Assembly: GCA_963833125.1 (NCBI GenBank)
Contig: CAWHWX010000036.1
Coordinates: forward strand, 1 to 13,235
Direction: 5' to 3'
DNA length: 13,235 nucleotides
Source: Candidatus Bathyarchaeota archaeon
GTDB taxonomy: Archaea > Thermoproteota > Bathyarchaeia > 40CM-2-53-6
This document shows, piece after piece, positions 8,249 through 13,235 of this stretch (positions are counted from its first letter, which is position 1; every line of letters starts with the position of its first letter). The notes beneath the pieces were generated by a model. The model was not told the DNA's origin and ran no database searches. It saw nothing but the letters and a program-made list of their open reading frames with translations. The translations under genes and the position numbers were made by a program.

Positions 8249-9658
8249 GACTGGTTATGAAATTCGGTGGATCTGCCTTAGCTGATCCGCAGAGAATACT
8301 AAACGCCGTTGGAATCGTCAAGGAATACCAGTCTAACCAGCATCAATTGGTCGTCGTAACATCGGCCCTGCCCGAAGTCACTGACGAACTGGTCGCGATT
8401 ACTGAAAAGGCCACTGAACTGGACTCAGAAACTGTGGATGCATTTGTAGAAAGACAATTGGAACGCCACAGCACTACCGCAAGAAAGTGCATTCAAACTG
8501 CCGAAGTTCTACAGAAAGTCCTTATGGAGCTTGAAGAGACCGCAAAAGAATTGGCTGGCATACTGCAAAGTGTATCGCGCCTGAAGGAGCTCACGCCACG
8601 TTCGAAGGATTTCCTATTCTCTTTCGGAGAAAGACTGTCAACCCCTATTGTCTGTGGTGCGGCAACCGACTCTGGTCTCATAGCCCAATGGCTAACGGGC
8701 GGCAACGCAGGCATAGTTACCGATGAAAATTTCGGGGACGCCACTCCACTAATGGACATCACGAGTCGACGTGTGAAGGTAAAGCTCCAACCGCTGCTCG
8801 ATACCGGAAGCCTACCCATTATCGCCGGATATTCCGCATCAAGCCCCAATAGAATTACCACAACCCTCGGAAGGGGTGGGTCCGACTACACAGCAACAAT
8901 AATTGGTTCGGCTCTCGAGCACGGATGAGATCATACTCTGGAAAGACGTGGAAGGCCTCATGACAGCTGATCCAGCTATCGAACCTAACGCTAGGCTACT
9001 TCAGAGAGTATCCTACGCCGAAGCTAGTGAGATGGCATATTTCGGGACAAAAGCAATTCACCCTAGAGCTTTGGAGCCCGCAGTAGAAAAGAAGATTCCA
9101 ATCAGAATTAGAAACTTCTCTGATTCTACCAGCAAAGGAACCCTGATCACAAGCGATGCGCCGGAAAGAAAAGAGAACATCGTGAAAGCCGTCAGCTTAG
9201 TCAACAACGTTGCAATGCTAACCGTTGCCGGCAGTGGTATGGCTGGGTTACCGGGAGTTGCAGCCAAAGTTTTCAATATTCTAGCCGCCGAAGGCGTGAA
9301 CATCCTGATGATATCTCAAGGTTCCTCAGAAGCAGGAATCTCCTTCGTAATCACAAGAGACAAGTTGCATAGAGCAGCCAATGCATTAGAACTCGCAATC
9401 CTCGGTACGAAGCTGGTGAAGAACATAGTTTCAGAGAACGACATCTGTGTGGTCTCAGCGGTGGGTGCAGGAATGAGAGGAACCCCCGGAGTCGCGGCGA
9501 GAGTCTTCAAGGCCGTTTCGGATAAGGGACTGAACGTTAGGATGATTGCTCAGGGATCGTCAGAGCTAAACATTTCATTCGTCCTCGGGGAAAGGGACGG
9601 ACCTGAAGCCGTTCGAGCGATCCACGACGAATTTGGACTTGACAAGGATGGCAGTTGA
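8245..9658 (+). CDS. lysC: Aspartate kinase with two C-terminal ACT domains; one frameshift near 8917-8924
   Basis: 'VMKFGGS', 'SFGERLS', 'TTLGRGGSDYTA', then in the next frame 'DEIILWKDVEGLMTADP', 'EMAYFGTKAIHP' and two ACT repeats ('MISQGSSE', 'MIAQGSSE'). Deleting 1 nt gives about 470 aa. TTG start overlaps the hom stop (TTGA). Confidence 0.9.
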
Positions 9659-9759
9659 GGCATACCGAGCCCCTCAAATAACTGGCCTTTGAAGTTCCAA
9701 ACGCTTGTTTAATCCTTTGAAACTCCGGTCCAATTAGATTGAAAAATGGGCCATGACGC

Positions 9760-10593
9760 CTAGACTGCTTGAGGATATGATCCTAGGACTCTTAGGAAGG
9801 TTGCCGACTTTGCTAGGGCTTCGAGCGCCTCAATACAAGCAGGGTCTGTCTTATGGCCCTCAATGTCTACGAAGAAATGGTACTCCCAAGGCGTCCCTCT
9901 GATTGGTCGCGACTCTATTTTCGTGAGATTGATTCCACGCTTCGCTAGCTCGCTAAGTGTCGTGTAAAGGGAACCTGGAACGTGTTTCGTGCTAAAGACG
10001 ATCGACGTCTTGTCTTTCCCGGTTTTTGATGTCTCCCCCTTTCCGATCACGAAGAATCGGGTGAAGTTTTCGGGGGAATCTTCAATGTGTCTACTCAGTA
10101 TCTGCAATGCGTAAAGGTTCCCTGCCTTTTCGCTTGCTATGGCGGCTGCATTGCGAATGTTATTTTCTTTTATCAGCTTAGCACTGCCAGCCGTATCATA
10201 GGTTGGTTCAATGCGCACTGGTAGGCGTTCGAGAAAAGCGGAACACTGGGCGAGTGCCTGTGGATGTGAATACACTGTGCGAATCTCATCAATTTTGACT
10301 CCAGGCAGCGCCATTAGGCAATGGTTGACCCTGATTTTCACTTCGCCATTGATCTTTAGAGGTGACTGGAGCAACAGATCATACGTTTGATTGACGCTGC
10401 CCTCAATGGAGTTTTCAGCGGGAACAACTCCATGATCAGTGGATCCATCTTCAACCATTTTAAAAACCTGTTTGAGGGTGTTGCTTGGTTTTGTTATGAT
10501 CGATGCTCCGAAGAAGGATTGAGCTGCTTGCTCGCTGTATGCTCCGTGCTCGCCCTGAAAGGACACGCTCGGGCGGCTGGCTTTGTTGCTCAA
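9760..10593 (-). CDS. pheA: Prephenate dehydratase, monofunctional PDT + ACT
   Basis: 'FQGEHGAYSE', 'PAENSIEGSV', 'SHPQALAQC', TRF motif 'NFTRFFVI', 'NLTKIESRP' and 'LGSYP'. TTG start with SD-like GAGGTTGA upstream. No chorismate mutase domain. Confidence 0.95.
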   Translation of the reverse strand: MSNKASRPSVSFQGEHGAYSEQAAQSFFGASIITKPSNTLKQVFKMVEDGSTDHGVVPAENSIEGSVNQTYDLLLQSPLKINGEVKIRVNHCLMALPGVKIDEIRTVYSHPQALAQCSAFLERLPVRIEPTYDTAGSAKLIKENNIRNAAAIASEKAGNLYALQILSRHIEDSPENFTRFFVIGKGETSKTGKDKTSIVFSTKHVPGSLYTTLSELAKRGINLTKIESRPIRGTPWEYHFFVDIEGHKTDPACIEALEALAKSATFLRVLGSYPQAV

Positions 10594-10626
10594 CTTGTCA
10601 ACCTCATGAAACCGGCGGGTAACTTT

Positions 10627-11421
10627 CTAGATTTCTTGGCAATGAATGCTATGAAAGTCGTTTGATTGTTTTAGAACTGGTAGTTTTTTCCTCGCTTCAT
10701 CGATACGGCTGTCCTCAAGATCATAGAATCCAATGCGGTCTCCGGATCCCAAATCGAGAACTTTCACTCCCAACGGATCAATTACCATGCTGCGACCAAC
10801 GAATGTATCATTTGCATTACCCACACCAATCACGTAACTTGTGGTCTCCTGCGCACGCGCCATCAGAAGAGTCTGCCACTGTTCCTCTTTAAGAGGCCCG
10901 CGATACCAAGCTGAGGGCACGACAATCACTCGCGCCCCGGACATTGCTTCGCTCTTTGTCAATTCAGGAAAACGAATATCGTAACAGATAACGACACCTA
11001 ACAACGTGTCGCCTATCTTGAACAGAACCGGATCTGATCCCGAACCGAAGTAATCCGATTCCTTGTAGCCCAAAGCGTCGAAGAGGTGAATCTTGCGATA
11101 ACCACCCCTAACCTCGCCACGATTGATAATTACGGCGGTGTCGAAAATGCCGTCGTTGGATTTCTCGAAGATTGGCACTACGGCGGTTATTTCCTTTTGC
11201 TTGCTCTTCTCCGCAACGAGTGTGATGAACTCGCCGTCTAGAGGTTCAGCAGTCTTTTCCACGTAATCCCGAGATAGCCCTTCATGCGGATAACCCATAC
11301 AGTATTCAGGGAATACAAGAAGGTCACAGGTTCCACCTGCCGATTCAATGACGTCGACCGTGCGCTGTAGGTTTTCCTTCTTGGACGCGGTAACGTCCAG
11401 TTGAACCAGACCGATTCTCAT
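10627..11421 (-). CDS. Carbon-nitrogen hydrolase (Nit1/Nit2-like amidase; deaminated-glutathione amidase or omega-amidase family)
   Basis: Catalytic triad E-K-C in 'VFPEY', 'YRKIHLFD' and 'ICYDIRFPE', plus 'GRSMVIDPLG'. ATG 11421 has SD AAGGAG upstream (ORF track start 11436). Confidence 0.9.
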   Translation of the reverse strand: MRIGLVQLDVTASKKENLQRTVDVIESAGGTCDLLVFPEYCMGYPHEGLSRDYVEKTAEPLDGEFITLVAEKSKQKEITAVVPIFEKSNDGIFDTAVIINRGEVRGGYRKIHLFDALGYKESDYFGSGSDPVLFKIGDTLLGVVICYDIRFPELTKSEAMSGARVIVVPSAWYRGPLKEEQWQTLLMARAQETTSYVIGVGNANDTFVGRSMVIDPLGVKVLDLGSGDRIGFYDLEDSRIDEARKKLPVLKQSNDFHSIHCQEI

Positions 11422-11600
11422 TACTCCTTGCTTCAAAACGAATTCACGTGCCGGTAAACCGCTTCACAACCTGCCCTGTACGTTGCTTTTGGAATGCTCC
11501 CCGGATAATCAATCTACCTTAACGAGAGTCGCTGAAATTTGCTCGCACGTACATGTCTAGCACGAACCTTAGATTCAGGAAGTGCAACCTACACAACAGG

Positions 11601-12441
11601 ATGCTGTCGATGTTGTTGGACTCGATTTCATTCATTGGTGGCGGCGTTATGGGGGAAGCAATGATCCAAGGGCTGCTGTCTAGGAAGACCGTGAAACCTA
11701 ATGGAATAATCGCCAGCGAACCAAGGAAGGAACGCCGCGAGGAACTGAAACGAAAGTATGGCGTCAAGGTCACTTCAGATAATCGTGAAGCTGTCAAGTC
11801 TTGTCAGGTCGTTGTGCTCGCGCTTAAACCTCAAGACCTAGAGGCCGCCATCACCGAGCTGAAAGGTTCCTTGCTGGCGAACCAAATGGTCATGTCGATC
11901 GTCGCGGGTGTGCGCCTCAAGACGATCAGTAAAGGCTTGGCACATGATGTGGTTGTACGAGTGATGCCTAATACGCCGGCTCAGATTGGCGAGGGGATGA
12001 GCGTATGGACAGCAACGCAGGGCGTGAGCCATGGGCAGCTTGACCAAGCAAGAACAATCTTGCAAGCCTTAGGTAAGGAGCGTTACATGAATGACGAAAA
12101 GTTCCTGGATATGGCGACAGCCGTCAGTGGCACGGGTCCCACATACGTATTTCTAGTTATGGAGGCCATGATCGATGCAGCAGTCCATCTAGGGTTTCCT
12201 AGACACATAGCCTACGAGTTAGTTACAGAGACCATGCGAGGCTCCATCAACTTCGCTATGAAATCGACCAAGCACCCGGCAGAACTACGCAACATGGTCA
12301 CATCTCCGGGGAGGCACCAGCGCCGCAGCCCTTTACCAATTGGAGAAGGGAAGTCTGCGCACGGTCCTTTCAAAAGCCATCATGGCCGCCTACGAGCAAA
12401 GCAAGTCTCTAGGAGAAGGTGGCTCCTCGGTTAAGGCTTGA
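11601..12441 (+). CDS. proC: Pyrroline-5-carboxylate reductase; one frameshift at 12308-12311
   Basis: 'FIGGGVMG', 'LALKPQ', 'SIVAG', 'RVMPNTP', 'TAVSGTGP'. Removing one G from GGGG 12308-12311 restores '[39 protein letters not shown]' ending at TGA 12439-12441. Start is ATG 11601 or 11610. Confidence 0.92.
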
Positions 12442-12504
12442 GAAATGAGACTCAGCTCGGTAAAGCTAGACTTTGTGCTGAGATCATACTGTGAACATGA
12501 AGAG

Positions 12505-13235
12505 TCAGGGTTTCTGCGGCTGGTGAACGTGCGTCGCAGGAAGGTCGTACTGAAGGACGCCATAGACGGGCGTCAAGTACTTGCGATATTTATCGTTGGC
12601 ACCAGTTACGACCCGGTCGTACTCTTCGCCCAATCTGTAGTGTTATTCGGCCTGGTCTTCCATTTCCTACTGGTTTGCGATCAATGTTCAGTATCGGAGC
12701 TACTTCAGCAGCGGTGCCAGTGAAAAAGGCCTCCTCACAGGTGTATAGTTCAGCTCGGGCGATTGTACGTTCCTTGAAGGGCATGTCATCGTCCTTGATT
12801 AGATCTATGACGGTTTGACGGGTTATGCCGTTAAGGATGCCAGAGGAGGAAGTTGGTGTCGAAATGATCCCATCTTTAACTATGAAGATGTTTTCTCCCG
12901 TGCCTTCAGACACGTCCCCTTTATTGTCGAGGAACAATGCCTCGTCGAAACCTGCCTCAGCTGCTTCAGTTCTGGCGAGGACAGAATTGATGTAATGGCC
13001 GCAAGCCTTGGCGCTCCCTGGAACGGCCGGTTCACCAATACGGCGCCATGTTGAGACGCATATATCTAGTCCTGGTTTGTTTGCGTCGAAATATTTCTCG
13101 TATGGAAAGGCAATGATGCTGACGGAGGTTGGTGTGGCTCTTGCGTCGAGGTTTATTCCTCCTACACCTTTGAAGGCGATAGGCCTTATGTAGAGAGATG
13201 AATGGAAATCGTTCTTTTCTATAAGATCTGAAACT
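12505..13235 (-). CDS. ilvE: Branched-chain amino acid aminotransferase (fold type IV); 5' end outside the window; one frameshift near 12629-12631
   Basis: Frame is open from the window edge: 'LYIRPIAF', 'STWRR', 'AKACGHYINS', 'GFDEALFLD', 'SEGTGENIF', 'ILNGITR', 'EAFFTGTAAEV'. Removing one base gives the tail 'GEEYDRVVTGANDKYRKYLTPVY...' ending at TGA 12505-12507. Confidence 0.92.

Noticed and set aside
8903-9658. Separate aspartokinase beta subunit, as in Corynebacterium
   Set aside because: The ORF includes part of the catalytic domain (WKDVEG, ADP, EMAYFG), and the upstream ORF is an incomplete kinase. One frameshifted gene explains both.
9694-9723. CRISPR-repeat-like 30-mer GTTCCAA...TTTGAAAC
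   Set aside because: Single copy, no spacers, no cas genes, and the intergenic gap is only about 100 bp.
12445-13193. Plus-strand ORFs 12445-12723, 12815-13054 and 13008-13193, like the other short antisense or nested ORFs in the track
   Set aside because: They are shadows of well-supported genes and have no recognisable motifs.

Overview
Gene-dense, roughly 50% GC prokaryotic window, most likely archaeal (inferred from archaeal-type homoserine dehydrogenase and aspartate kinase, TATA-like boxes, oligo-T tracts and frequent TTG starts; Bathyarchaeia-like is a guess). Left part: DrrAB-type ABC exporter, EamA transporter, AlkA glycosylase and MsrB. Centre: a threonine-synthase-like PLP enzyme with atypical motifs, a CysO/MoaD-like sulfur carrier ending in GG and a MoeB/E1-rhodanese fusion, followed by homoserine dehydrogenase and aspartate kinase. 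This is best read as a candidate sulfur-carrier-dependent route from O-phosphohomoserine to homocysteine (MetM/MetO type) rather than plain threonine synthesis. Upstream of it lie two 14-bp palindromes 31 bp apart, in a leader that can also form alternative RNA pairings. Right part: pheA, a Nit/omega-amidase, proC and partial ilvE. Four genes (hom, aspartate kinase, proC, ilvE) each carry one extra base, most likely sequencing errors. No rRNA, tRNA, CRISPR array or mobile element was seen.
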